Source of the DNA: a bacterium
Lineage (GTDB): Bacteria; Chloroflexota; Dormibacteria; Aeolococcales; Bog-877
Reading direction: 5' to 3'
NCBI GenBank assembly: GCA_021827985.1
Contig: JAKATL010000003.1
Coordinates: 3,155 to 67,154, forward strand
Length of the DNA: 64,000 bases
Of this stretch, positions 1-8,683 are shown piece after piece. The notes under the pieces are model-generated. The model saw nothing but the letters and a program-made list of their open reading frames with translations, searched no databases and was not told where the DNA came from. The translations under genes and the position numbers were made by a program. The first letter of the stretch is position 1; each line of letters begins with the position of its first letter.

Positions 1-161
1 AAGGCGCAGCGGCCGGCAGCGGCCGTGGCGGGCGAGATCCTCCACCGGGCTTGCTCGGGAGCGCGTGAACGCTGCACAGGAGCGCGCCAAATGCGGTCCT
101 CTTGGCCGATGAGTAGCTTGTTTGATGAGCTACCCAGACATGATGCTGAGTAGTTGGCTAC

Positions 162-190
162 TTGCGCAACTAACTGATCTTCGCTATCCT
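162..190 (+). promoter_or_regulatory. Putative sigma70-type promoter (-35 TTGCGC 162-167, 17-bp spacer, -10 TATCCT 185-190) overlapping the 8-bp palindrome TTGCGCAA (162-169), a candidate ArsR autoregulatory operator
   Basis: Locally AT-rich stretch in a 70% GC genome. The hexamer spacing is canonical. The perfect palindrome overlaps the -35 immediately upstream of the ArsR-family ORF. Confidence 0.35.
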
Positions 191-196
191 GGGAGT

Positions 197-577
197 GTGC
201 AGTTGTCTTCTACCGGCAGCCTTGCAGACACTCCGCAGGCACGACAGGACACCTACCGCCGCCACGCGGAGATCTGCAAGGTCCTCACCGATCCCAAGCG
301 CCTGATGCTCCTGGATGCGCTGAGGGCCCAGGAGCTCTCCGTGGGTCAGCTGGCTGAGCGGCTGGGGATCACCCTGGCCAATTGCAGCCAGCATCTCTCG
401 GTGCTCCGGTCAGCCCTCCTGGTTGACAGTCGCCGCCAGGGCACCACCGTCCTCTACCGGCTAACCGAGCCTCGTATCGCCGAGGCCTGCGACATCATCG
501 AGGCCATCGTGGGAAGCCGCCGGACCTCCAAAGACGCGCTCCCGCTGGCCGCCGGATCAACCCTAGGAGGTGCCTAG
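197..577 (+). CDS. ArsR/SmtB-family metalloregulatory transcriptional repressor
   Basis: The track ORF 122-577 contains the ArsR winged-HTH (HAEICKVLTDPKRLMLLDAL...LSVGQLAERLGITLANCSQHLSVLRSALLV). The first 25 codons lie in the AT-rich promoter-like region, so the in-frame GTG at 197 is the more plausible start (about 126 aa). The stop overlaps the next gene's start (TAGATG). Confidence 0.8.
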   Translation: MQLSSTGSLADTPQARQDTYRRHAEICKVLTDPKRLMLLDALRAQELSVGQLAERLGITLANCSQHLSVLRSALLVDSRRQGTTVLYRLTEPRIAEACDIIEAIVGSRRTSKDALPLAAGSTLGGA

Positions 578-835
578 ATGCCCCAGACCGCGACCAGACC
601 CCATCGGGTCCTGGTCTTCACCACTCCGACCTGCCCCTGGTGCCAGCGAGCCAAGCAGTACCTGCGGCAGCAGCGGGTCCCCTACCGCGAGGTCGACGTC
701 TCTCGCGACGCCGCCGCGGCCCGCGACCTGGTGCGCCGCACCGGACAGATGGGCGTCCCGGTGGTGGAGATCGACGGCAGGCCGGTGGTGGGCTTCGACC
801 AGCGGGCCATCGATCGGCTCCTGGGGCTCAACTGA
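578..835 (+). CDS. Glutaredoxin-like / NrdH-like small redoxin (CPWC active site)
   Basis: 85 aa with the motif TCPWCQRAK near the N-terminus and a thioredoxin-fold-like GVPVVEIDG segment. Translationally coupled to arsR. Confidence 0.75.
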   Translation: MPQTATRPHRVLVFTTPTCPWCQRAKQYLRQQRVPYREVDVSRDAAAARDLVRRTGQMGVPVVEIDGRPVVGFDQRAIDRLLGLN

Positions 836-893
836 GCTGCGGGCCGGCCGGCCCCAATAGGAAAGAGGCGGGGAAGATAGCCCCAAAGGAGGT

Positions 894-1199
894 ATGACGA
901 TGACCGAGGAGCCGGAGGTGACCCCACTGGGCAGCCGTGTGCTGCTGAAGCTGGTCGAGGAGGAGAGCGTGACCGCCAGCGGGCTGGTCCTGCCCGACAC
1001 GGCCAAGGAGAAGCCCCAGAGGGGCGAGGTGGTGGCGGTGGGAGACGACGAGGAGACGATCAAGGTCCACCCCGGTGACCTGGTCCTGTTCCCCAAGTAC
1101 TCCGGGACTGAGCTCAAGCTGCAGGGTCAGGATCACCTGATTCTGGAGGCTGGAGACCTCCTGGCGGTGCTCCGCCCCAGAAGCGGACGCGCCGCCTGA
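894..1199 (+). CDS. groES: Co-chaperonin GroES (10 kDa chaperonin); no groEL downstream
   Basis: SGLVLPDTAKEKPQRGEVVAVG...GDLVLFPKYSGTELK matches the GroES mobile loop and core. RBS AAGGAGG at 886-892. Followed by a GC hairpin, then a convergent gene. Confidence 0.9.
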   Translation: MTMTEEPEVTPLGSRVLLKLVEEESVTASGLVLPDTAKEKPQRGEVVAVGDDEETIKVHPGDLVLFPKYSGTELKLQGQDHLILEAGDLLAVLRPRSGRAA

Positions 1200-1206
1200 G
1201 AGAGGC

Positions 1207-1231
1207 GGGGGCTGGGGGGTGCCCAGCCCCC
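1207..1231 (+). terminator. GC-rich stem-loop (GGGGCTGGG ... CCCAGCCCC) 8 nt after the groES stop; intrinsic-terminator-like, no U-tract
   Basis: 9-bp perfect inverted repeat with a 5-nt loop, read directly from the sequence. Confidence 0.35.
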
Positions 1232-1271
1232 ACCCTCGGGAGCCCGGGAGGAGGTGGACCGGGCTGCCCAG

Positions 1272-1585
1272 CTACTGCATCTCGACCGTGATGGTGTCCC
1301 CGGCGGTGGGGTTCGGGCCAACCCCGTACCAGAGGCTCCAGTAGCCAGGGTGGTGCCCGTGCCCACCGCCGGGTAATCGGACGGTACCTGGATGTTGAAC
1401 TGGACCCACTGGCCGTTGTAGATGGCACTTCCGCCCTTGCTGGCCTCGATCACGGCGGAGTCCGAACCGTAGGGGAAGCTCCTGCCGTTGACGGCGATCG
1501 GGGTGATGCCTCCCGCTCCCAGGCTGGTCCCGAGGCTGTTCGCCTCCGGCCCGTTGGTGCCGACCAGCAGGGAGGCGAACTGCAC
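1272..1585 (-). pseudogene. Small hypothetical protein disrupted by a +1 frameshift near 1355-1365
   Basis: The minus-strand frame from 1585 reads a protein-like sequence (MQFASLLVGTNGPEANSLGTS...QFNIQVPSDYPAVGTGTT). The plausible C-terminus (HHPGYWSLWYGVGPNPTAGDTITVEMQ-stop at 1272) is in the adjacent frame. Everything else in both frames is Arg/Pro-rich noise. Confidence 0.3.
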
Positions 1586-1793
1586 CGGTTGCCCGAGCTG
1601 CTGCTGGTGTACCCCGGCTGCTGGATCCCGAGGTAGGCGTCTCCCCCCGCGCCCCCGGGTCGAAGACCCTAACCGAGATCACCACGGCGGCGCGCGCGGT
1701 GGCGAGGTGGACGAGTGGACGTCCACTCGGGACCAAGAGATGGTGCGCCGGCGGGAACTTAGAGGTCACCAGAGCGACCCAAAACGCAGCGCG

Positions 1794-1811
1794 CTAGCAG
1801 AACTAGCAGAA
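1794..1811 (+). promoter_or_regulatory. Perfect tandem 9-bp direct repeat CTAGCAGAA x2, 20 nt upstream of the transporter binding-protein start; candidate operator
   Basis: Read directly: gcgCTAGCAGAACTAGCAGAAtgcaagcta. It is AT-rich relative to the genome and sits in the 5' region of the ABC operon, whose last gene is an HTH/PBP regulator. Confidence 0.3.
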
Positions 1812-1830
1812 TGCAAGCTACACTACAAAG

Positions 1831-2790
1831 GTGCCACCTCGTGTCCCCGCCGTGACCGCCGCCGTTGGGCTCGCAGTCCTGCTTGCAGCCTGTGGGTCCG
1901 CGCCGACGCGCGTTTCGGGGACTGCCAACGTCGCCTATGCCGGCTCACTGGAGCTGGTGATGCAGCGAGACTTGGGGCCGGCCTTCACCCACCACACCGG
2001 CTACCCGTACGAAGGGCGGGGGGCGGGTGCCCTGGGGCTAGCCCAGGAGATCCGGGCCGCAGAGATCACCCCCAACGTGTTCCTCTCGGTCGGCTCTGGG
2101 CCAGTCGCCTTGCTAGAGCCCAAGTTCACCTCATGGGCGGTGGAATTCGCCAGCAGCCCGCTGGTTCTGGCCTATTACCCCCACGGACCCCATGCCAGCG
2201 AACTCGCGAAGATAGCCGCTGGCAAGGTGCCGCTCACAGACCTCTTCCAGCTGCTCGCGGAGCCGGGGTTCCGGCTGGGACGCACCGACCCCGCCACCGA
2301 CCCCCAGGGCCAGGACTTCGCCATGATGTTCCAGCTCGCGGAGCTTGAGCTGGGCGTGCCGGCGGCCGCCGTGTCCGCCGACCTGGCCGGCGGGTCCTCT
2401 CAGATCTACCCCGAGACGGCGCTCGAGGCCCAGCTACAGGCGGGGCAGCTGGACGCCGCCAGTGCCTTCCGCTCCCAGGCGCAGCAGCTCCACCTGCCCT
2501 ACGTTCCCCTGCCGCCCGCCCTCGACTTCGGTGATCCGGCGATGGCCGCTGCCTATGCCCGAGCCAGCCTCAGACTTTCGACCGGTGCCCTGGTCCACGG
2601 GTTTCCCCTGGTTCTGGAGGCCACCACCGTGGGCGACCACGACCACGCCGCGGCTGTGGCTTTCATCCAATATCTGATCTCGTCCCCGGGACGGCAGATC
2701 CTGGCCCAGGACGGGTATTCGACGGTGCCCCTGAAGATCCTCGGACACTCCTCAGCCGCCCCGGACCAGGTGCGTAAGCTGGCCGGGTGA
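1831..2790 (+). CDS. Molybdate/tungstate-type ABC transporter substrate-binding lipoprotein (ModA/WtpA-like, PBP superfamily)
   Basis: Signal peptide plus lipobox (AVGLAVLLAACGS). The type-II periplasmic-binding-protein fold resembles molybdate/sulfate binders (ANVAYAGSLELV...). First gene of a binding-protein/permease/ATPase operon with overlapping junctions. GTG start; alternative GTGs at 1840 and 1855. Confidence 0.7.
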   Translation: MPPRVPAVTAAVGLAVLLAACGSAPTRVSGTANVAYAGSLELVMQRDLGPAFTHHTGYPYEGRGAGALGLAQEIRAAEITPNVFLSVGSGPVALLEPKFTSWAVEFASSPLVLAYYPHGPHASELAKIAAGKVPLTDLFQLLAEPGFRLGRTDPATDPQGQDFAMMFQLAELELGVPAAAVSADLAGGSSQIYPETALEAQLQAGQLDAASAFRSQAQQLHLPYVPLPPALDFGDPAMAAAYARASLRLSTGALVHGFPLVLEATTVGDHDHAAAVAFIQYLISSPGRQILAQDGYSTVPLKILGHSSAAPDQVRKLAG

Positions 2791-3590
2791 GCGTCCTGGC
2801 CGGCGTGCGGCCGGCTCGGAGAGGTACTTCCCTGGCCGTCCTGGCGGCCCTGTTGGTCTGGGTAGCCGTGCTCGGCCCCACCATCACCCTGCTGGCCCAC
2901 GTCTCCCCGGGCCAGCTGGTCGCCGCGCTGCGGGCACCGGGAGCGCTGGACCCCCTGGTCACCTCGGTGGAGGCCTCGGCGCTGGCGCTTCTGGTGATCT
3001 TGGTGGGGGGGACCCCTCTGGCCTATCTCCTGGCGCGCCGGCGGATGCCCCTCAACCGGGTGGTGGAGGGAGCGGTGCTGCTGCCGCTGCTCATGCCCCC
3101 TCTGGTGATCGGGCTCCTGCTGGTCTTCATGGTCGGGCCGGCGACTCCTATCGGAGGCGCCCTCGCCCACCTCCACCTCACCGCCGCCGACACCTTCTTC
3201 GCCCTGCTGGTGGCCGAGGTGTACGAGGCGGTCCCCTATTACATCCTGGGAGCCGAGGCGGCCTTCTCGGCCGTGGACCCGCAGCTGGAGAGCGCCGCCT
3301 CCCTCCTGGGTGACGGCCGCTGGCGCACCCTGCGCCGCGTCACCCTCCCCCTCGCGGCCCCCCAGCTGGCGTCGGCGCTGGCGGTCACCTGGGCACGGGC
3401 CATGGGGGCCTTTGGAGCGGTCCTGATCATCGCCTACCATCCCTTCGGCCTTCCTCTGCAGATCTGGACTACGCTCCAGGAGACCGGTCTCAGCTCGGCG
3501 CTTCCCTTCGCCCTGGTGCTGGTGCTGGTCGCCCTGCCGCTGCCCCTCCTTGCCTACTTCTGGAGCGCCCGTGCTGGCCGCAGACTTTGA
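2787..3590 (+). CDS. ABC transporter permease (ModB/CysT-like)
   Basis: About six TM segments and the ABC-permease EAA loop (EAAFSAVDPQLESAASLLGDGRWRTLRRVTLPLAAPQL). Overlaps the upstream gene by 4 nt. Confidence 0.8.
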   Translation: MSVLAGVRPARRGTSLAVLAALLVWVAVLGPTITLLAHVSPGQLVAALRAPGALDPLVTSVEASALALLVILVGGTPLAYLLARRRMPLNRVVEGAVLLPLLMPPLVIGLLLVFMVGPATPIGGALAHLHLTAADTFFALLVAEVYEAVPYYILGAEAAFSAVDPQLESAASLLGDGRWRTLRRVTLPLAAPQLASALAVTWARAMGAFGAVLIIAYHPFGLPLQIWTTLQETGLSSALPFALVLVLVALPLPLLAYFWSARAGRRL

Positions 3591-4503
3591 GGTGCGCCGG
3601 CGGTTGTTCCCGGTCCGGGTGCAGCTCCGGCTCGAGAGCGGGCAGCGCCTGGCCCTGGTGGGGCCTTCCGGTGCCGGCAAGACCACCGTGCTCTCCGCCC
3701 TGGCCGGCCTCCTCCCGCCCGACACCGGCTCGATCATCCTGGACGGGGAGCGCCTCGCTCCCTCGCACCCGGGTGCCGGCGGCATACGGCTGGTCACCCA
3801 GGAGCCGGCCCTCTTCCCCCACCTCACGGTCCGCGAGAATCTCCTGTACTCCAAAGGCGCCGACGGGGCAGCCGCGGAGGGACTCGCGGGTCGGCTCCAC
3901 CTGACCCCCTTGCTATCGGCCCGGCCCCGGGCGCTGTCCCAGGGGGAGAGGCACCGGGTGGCCCTGGCGAGGGCGCTGCTCTCGGGCTGCCGTCTGCTCC
4001 TGCTCGACGAGCCATTCGCCGCCCTGGACCGTCCACTCGCCGAGCAGCTGCTGGAGCTGGTGGTCGAGGAGGTGGACCGGCTGCCGGGAGGGGCGATCCT
4101 GGTCACCCACCAGCTGGAGGATGCCCAGGCCTTCGCCGATCGGGTGGGGGTGATGGTCCGGGGCGAGCTCGCCCAGGTGGGCTCCGCCGCGGAACTCGCG
4201 CTCCACCCGGCCAGCCCGGAGGTGGCCGCTCTCACCGGCTACCGTGGCTGGCTGCGAGGGGAGGCAGGTGTCCTCGCGGTGCATCCTGAACGGCTGGCGG
4301 ACCGTGGTCCCGGAGAACGGATCTCGGCCCGGGTGGTGAGCTGCCGCCCCTTCGGGACCCGGTTCAGCTTGGACCTCGAAGCCGAGGGGAGATGGAGGGG
4401 GCGGTTCCGCCAGCACCGCAGCGAGCCGGCCCAGCCGGGGGAGCCGCTGGAGCTGTACGCTCCCGATCCGGTCGTCTACCGGGAGGAGGCCAGGTATGGC
4501 TGA
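3571..4503 (+). CDS. ABC transporter ATP-binding protein (ModC-like) with a C-terminal TOBE-like extension
   Basis: Walker A GPSGAGKTT, signature LSQGERHRVALARAL, Walker B LLLLDEP, H-loop VTHQ. The start is uncertain (track TTG 3550, in-frame GTG 3571 or 3592). Confidence 0.8.
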   Translation: MLAADFEVRRRLFPVRVQLRLESGQRLALVGPSGAGKTTVLSALAGLLPPDTGSIILDGERLAPSHPGAGGIRLVTQEPALFPHLTVRENLLYSKGADGAAAEGLAGRLHLTPLLSARPRALSQGERHRVALARALLSGCRLLLLDEPFAALDRPLAEQLLELVVEEVDRLPGGAILVTHQLEDAQAFADRVGVMVRGELAQVGSAAELALHPASPEVAALTGYRGWLRGEAGVLAVHPERLADRGPGERISARVVSCRPFGTRFSLDLEAEGRWRGRFRQHRSEPAQPGEPLELYAPDPVVYREEARYG

Positions 4504-5554
4504 GCCGCGCGAGCCGGTCACCGGGCGCCGGCTGCGGCTGGCCCGACTCGGGCGCGGCCTGTCGCAGTCCGAGCTCGCGGAGGCCTGCGGCATCAGCCGG
4601 CAGGCGGTTGCCGGGATCGAGCGCGGGGCGTGGGCTCCGTCCCTACTCGTGGCCCTCAAGCTGGCGCGGGTCCTTGGGCGTACGGTGGAGGAGCTCTTCC
4701 AGGATCCCCCGGCGACCGAGGAGGTGGAGGTCGTGCGGCTGGCGGAGCCCCCACCCCAGGACCAGCGCGCCCAGACGGTGCAAACCTTGCGGGGCATGGT
4801 CGCCGTCCCCCGGGACGGGCTGGCGGGCACGGTGCCCGGATTCGGCCCTGCAACCTCCGTCCTGCTGGCGCCCACCACGGCGCGGGTACCCACCCCACAC
4901 CCGCGCTTTCTCCTGGTGGCCGGCTGCGATCCCGCCCTACCCCTCATTGCCGAGGGATTGCGGGAGGCGGGCACCGGGTACAGCTTCGCCTGGTGGCCGT
5001 GCGGCAACCGTGAGGCACTTCGCCTGCTGCAGCTGGGCCTGGTCCACGCCGCCGGTGTCCATCGCGCCTCCGGCTCCGCCCCGGAGCCGCCCGAGGGGGT
5101 GATCTCGGTCGGCTTCGCCCGCTGGCGCGAGGGGATCATCTCGGCGGCGGATCAGCCCGTCGACCGGCTGGAGGAGGCGCTCGAGCGGAGGCTCCGCCTC
5201 GCCAACCGGGAGCCGGGGGCGGAGGCGCGGTCTGTCCTCGATAGGGAGCTGGAGAGGCTGGCAGGGCCCCCCCCTCCCGGGTACTCCAGCTCATTTCCCG
5301 GCCACTTGGCGGTCGCCGGAGCGGTGGCCGCGGGAGCGGCAGACCTGGCGGTGGCGACCGAGCCGGCGGCGCTGGCCCTGGGGCTCCACTTCGCCCCCCT
5401 GTCTGATGAGGAATCGTCGCTGCTCCTGGCGGAGAACGAGGTCGACTCTCCGCCGCTGTCCGCGCTCCTGGCGGCGCTGGGCCATCCGGGGGTCTCCTCC
5501 CAGCTGGAACTGCTGCCTGGATACGACCCATCCTCACTCGGAGTGACCGGCTGA
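4496..5554 (+). CDS. Transcriptional regulator: N-terminal XRE-type HTH fused to a periplasmic-binding-protein-like (molybdate-binding, COG1910-like) domain
   Basis: N-terminal LRLARLGRGLSQSELAEACGISRQAVAGIERG (HTH_3-like); the C-terminal about 250 aa are PBP-like. Last gene of the ABC operon, overlapping the ATPase gene by 8 nt. Confidence 0.55.
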   Translation: MAEPREPVTGRRLRLARLGRGLSQSELAEACGISRQAVAGIERGAWAPSLLVALKLARVLGRTVEELFQDPPATEEVEVVRLAEPPPQDQRAQTVQTLRGMVAVPRDGLAGTVPGFGPATSVLLAPTTARVPTPHPRFLLVAGCDPALPLIAEGLREAGTGYSFAWWPCGNREALRLLQLGLVHAAGVHRASGSAPEPPEGVISVGFARWREGIISAADQPVDRLEEALERRLRLANREPGAEARSVLDRELERLAGPPPPGYSSSFPGHLAVAGAVAAGAADLAVATEPAALALGLHFAPLSDEESSLLLAENEVDSPPLSALLAALGHPGVSSQLELLPGYDPSSLGVTG

Positions 5555-5835
5555 GGGAGCTGCCTGGTTTCGCAATCGGCGATCATGGTGGGATGAAGAA
5601 GTCAGCAGCGGACGAGGAGGTCTTCCCCGCCGAGCAGGAGCGCGCCCGCCGGCGCGACCGCAAGCGGGTCACCGCCATGGTGGTGGATGGTGCCGGGATC
5701 CGCCGCCAGGCGATGGCTCTGGCGGCGAGGTCGCGGCGGCGCTCAGCGCCGCCGGAACACCCGTGAGCTCGCCCATTTTCGCGGAGCCCTTCGGCCCCCG
5801 GACCCACCGGGCCGGGACCCTGTAGCCTGTCCCGC

Positions 5836-6228
5836 ATGGACGAGCCAGTCCTCTCCGGGCCCGCGGGGGCAGCCCCTCCAGCCGCCGAGGCGGCGGTCCG
5901 CCGGATCCTCTGCATCCCCCAGGGGGCCGCGCGGCCGACCGAGGCCGAGACCTCGCGGATCTTCACGGTGTCCATGGCCATGACCGGGGTGCGCTGCGTT
6001 TTTACCTACGGCATCGTGCCGGTCATGACCCCGGCCCTGGGTGCCGTGGCGGCGCCCTGGATCGGCATCCCCCTGTCCCTTCTGGCCCTGGTCTTCGACG
6101 TCCGGGGGATCCGCAGCTTCTGGAGGGCCTACCATCCGCAGCGCTGGCTGATGACCGTCCTCTATCTGGTGGTGATGGGGTTCGTCACCTACCTGCTGGT
6201 CCGCGATCTGGTCCACCTGATCCACTAG
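5836..6228 (+). CDS. Hypothetical small membrane protein (2-3 TM)
   Basis: ATG start; hydrophobic segments (VPVMTPALGAVAAPWIGIPLSLLALVF, LMTVLYLVVMGFVTYLLV); no recognisable family. Confidence 0.4.
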   Translation: MDEPVLSGPAGAAPPAAEAAVRRILCIPQGAARPTEAETSRIFTVSMAMTGVRCVFTYGIVPVMTPALGAVAAPWIGIPLSLLALVFDVRGIRSFWRAYHPQRWLMTVLYLVVMGFVTYLLVRDLVHLIH

Positions 6229-6256
6229 GCAGAGGCGGCCGAGTTCGTGCCAGGGG

Positions 6257-7639
6257 CTAGGGGCGCCAGACGGTTTGGATGTTGGTGAACTCCCGGATCC
6301 CGAAGCTGGCCAACTCCCGCCCGAAGCCGCTCCGGCGCACCCCACCGAAGGGGATGCGGGCGTCGGAGTGAGTCATCCCATTGACGAAGACCCCGCCGGT
6401 GTCGAACCGGCGGGCCAACTCCACCCCCCGGTCGGGGTCCTTCGTCCAGAGGTTGCCACCCAGGCCGTAGCGGGGGTGGTTGGCCAGCCGGATCCCCTCC
6501 TCGAGCTCCCGGAAGGTGGTCACGGCGGCCACCGGGCCGAAGGTCTCCTCCTGGAAGGCGGCCATCTCCGGGGTCACCCCGGTGAGGACGGTCGGCGGGT
6601 AGAAGTAGCCCGGTCCAGAGTCCGCCTCTCCTCCCAGCAGGACGGCCGCGCCCTGCTGCCGGGAGCGCTCCACCTGGTCGGCGATCCGCTCTCTGAGGTC
6701 GGCACGGGCCAGGGGGCCGATTCGGGTGGCGCGGTCCAGAGGTGGCCCCACGGTGAGCGCCTGGCAGTGGGCCAGGAAGCGCTCCAGGAACGCTCCGGCG
6801 ATGGACTCCTGGAGCAGGAACCGCTTGGCGGCGATGCAGCTCTGGCCGCCGTTCTGGAACCTCGCGCGCACCCCCACCTCGGCGGCCTGGTCCAGGTCGG
6901 CATCCTCCAGCACCAGGAAGAAGTCGGATCCCCCCAGCTCCAGGACCGCCTTCTTGAGCTCCCGACCGGCCACCTCGGCCACCCGGCTGCCGGCGACGTC
7001 ACTCCCGGTGAGGGTCACCGCCCTGACCCTCTCGTCGGCGATCAGGCCCGGGACCGGCTCGGTGCCGCACACCACTGCCGCCAGCGATCCCTCGGGGAAC
7101 CCCGCCCTGGTCACCAGCTCCTCCAGCGCGAGGGCGCAGCCGAAGGTGGTGGGGGCGTGCTTCAAAAGGCCGGTGTTGCCGGCCATGAGCGCCGGGGCCA
7201 GGAAGCGGATCACCTGCCACAGGGGGTAGTTCCAGGGCATGATCGCCAGAACCACCCCGAGCGGCCGGAAGGCCACCAGGCTGCGGGGGGAGTCGGATGG
7301 TGCTTCCTGGACCTCCAGGAACCTCCCTGCCTCATGGGCGAAGTACTCGCAGGAGGTGGCGCACTTGTCCACCTCGGCCTCGGCCTCGGCGATGGGCTTG
7401 CCCATCTCCCCGGTCATGAGCCGGGAGAGGCTCTCCCGGTCCCGCCGCAGCAGCTGGGCCAGCTCCAGCATGCGCTGAGACCTCCAGGCCAGGGTCTCCG
7501 AGGAGATTTGCTCGAACGCCAGCTGCGCCCCGGCGAGTTTGGCCTCGATCTCCCCGGGGCGCATCTCCGGGAACTCTGAGACCACCTCTTCGGTCGCCGG
7601 GTTGACCGAGTTGAAGACTCGCTGCGCTGTGGTCGCCAT
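6257..7639 (-). CDS. NAD(P)-dependent aldehyde dehydrogenase (succinate-semialdehyde dehydrogenase-like)
   Basis: 460 aa. ALDH motifs: ELGG (VLELGGSDFF) and the catalytic Cys in FQNGGQSCIAAKRF. Confidence 0.85.
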   Translation of the reverse strand: MATTAQRVFNSVNPATEEVVSEFPEMRPGEIEAKLAGAQLAFEQISSETLAWRSQRMLELAQLLRRDRESLSRLMTGEMGKPIAEAEAEVDKCATSCEYFAHEAGRFLEVQEAPSDSPRSLVAFRPLGVVLAIMPWNYPLWQVIRFLAPALMAGNTGLLKHAPTTFGCALALEELVTRAGFPEGSLAAVVCGTEPVPGLIADERVRAVTLTGSDVAGSRVAEVAGRELKKAVLELGGSDFFLVLEDADLDQAAEVGVRARFQNGGQSCIAAKRFLLQESIAGAFLERFLAHCQALTVGPPLDRATRIGPLARADLRERIADQVERSRQQGAAVLLGGEADSGPGYFYPPTVLTGVTPEMAAFQEETFGPVAAVTTFRELEEGIRLANHPRYGLGGNLWTKDPDRGVELARRFDTGGVFVNGMTHSDARIPFGGVRRSGFGRELASFGIREFTNIQTVWRP

Positions 7640-7663
7640 GCCAAGACCCCCTGAAGCCGCGCC

Positions 7664-8683
7664 CTAGGGAAGGGCGTACCTAATGGATGAGTTTGCCAGA
7701 TCGCGGCGCAGCCGGCCCCTCTCCGCCAGCAGCTGCAGGTGGAGCTCGGACTCGAACACCGCCAGCATCTGGTTGAAAGGGTCGAGGTCCTGGAAGCGGC
7801 GCCGGCGCCGTGTCCAGGGCAGCCGATCGGCCACCTCCCGGGCGTTTCGGGCGCCGGCCTCGACCTGCTGGTAGCACTCGTCGAGCCGCAGCCGGTGGTG
7901 CTCGAGCAACTCCATCACTCTCCCTCTGAGGTCTCTGAACACCGGACCGTGGGCCGGCAGCACCAGCCGGCAGGAGAGGTCGGCCACCTTCTCCAGGGAC
8001 TCCAGGAAATCGGCCAGCGGCGAGCCCGGCAGGTGGAGCTCCACTCCGATCGAGGGGGTGATCTGGGGGAGGACGTGGTCTCCGGCGAAGAGCAGCTGGT
8101 TGGTGCGGTCGTGCAGGCAGAGGTGACCTCTGGTGTGTCCCGGGGTCGACACCACCTCCAGCTCCCGGTCGCCGAGGAGGAGCGTCTCGCCGCCGCCCAG
8201 GTACAGGTCGGGGTCCGCTGGGGGCCGGCGCTCGGAGGGTCCGGCCGCCTCCAGCCGGCGGGCCACGTCCGCGGCGGCCAGCTGGTCCAGCCGGGCCGCC
8301 GTCCTGCGCCGGGCCTCGCCGGGGTGATCGCGAAAGGCGGTCAGCGAGTCGCGCTCCCTGCTCCCCAGCAGCACCTTTGCCCGGGAGCGCTGGCGCACCC
8401 GGCCCGCCAGGCCGTAGTGATCGTCGTGGACATGGGTGGCGAAGACCCACCGAACCCGGTGGAGGCCGGAGCCCAGCCGGCGGAGCGCCTCCTCCAGCCG
8501 CTCCCAGCTCTCCCGCCGGTTCCAGCCGCAGTCCACCATGAGGAAGCCCCCCTGGTCCCGGACCAGGTAGGCGTTCACTGCCCGCAGGGCGTCCCCGGGG
8601 AGGGGCAGGGGGACGCGCCAGACCCCCTCCGTAACCTCGTCCAGGGTCGGCCGCTCCCAGGCGTGACGGTCCTCCTCGCTCAA
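7664..8683 (-). CDS. MBL-fold metallo-hydrolase (metallo-beta-lactamase superfamily)
   Basis: HxHxDH motif (ATHVHDDHYGLAG) plus downstream His/Asp ligands (TPGHTRGH, AGDHV). Probable TTG start at 8683 overlapping the mscS stop (TTGA). The upstream 200 codons of the long track ORF are Gly/Arg junk overlapping mscS. Confidence 0.75.
   Translation of the reverse strand: MSEEDRHAWERPTLDEVTEGVWRVPLPLPGDALRAVNAYLVRDQGGFLMVDCGWNRRESWERLEEALRRLGSGLHRVRWVFATHVHDDHYGLAGRVRQRSRAKVLLGSRERDSLTAFRDHPGEARRRTAARLDQLAAADVARRLEAAGPSERRPPADPDLYLGGGETLLLGDRELEVVSTPGHTRGHLCLHDRTNQLLFAGDHVLPQITPSIGVELHLPGSPLADFLESLEKVADLSCRLVLPAHGPVFRDLRGRVMELLEHHRLRLDECYQQVEAGARNAREVADRLPWTRRRRRFQDLDPFNQMLAVFESELHLQLLAERGRLRRDLANSSIRYALP

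Noticed and set aside
836-893. Search for CIRCE (TTAGCACTC-N9-GAGTGCTAA) or HAIR heat-shock operators upstream of groES
   Set aside because: Neither consensus is present in the 58-bp upstream region.
2553-4235. 560-aa minus-strand ORF and many other long Arg/Gly/Pro/Ala-rich ORFs (e.g. 1488-2348, 7739-9031, 9955-10836, 10978-13083, 21598-22590, 25094-26290, 37132-37896, 38737-40137, 61117-61788)
   Set aside because: They lie antisense to or frame-shifted within well-supported genes, have extreme low-complexity composition and no motifs. They are GC-content artefacts of a 70% GC genome.
5593-5766. 57-codon ORF (MKKSAADEEVFPAEQERARRRDRKRVTAM...) upstream of the small membrane protein
   Set aside because: Arg-rich, no RBS and no recognisable features. 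Kept out of the feature list for lack of support.
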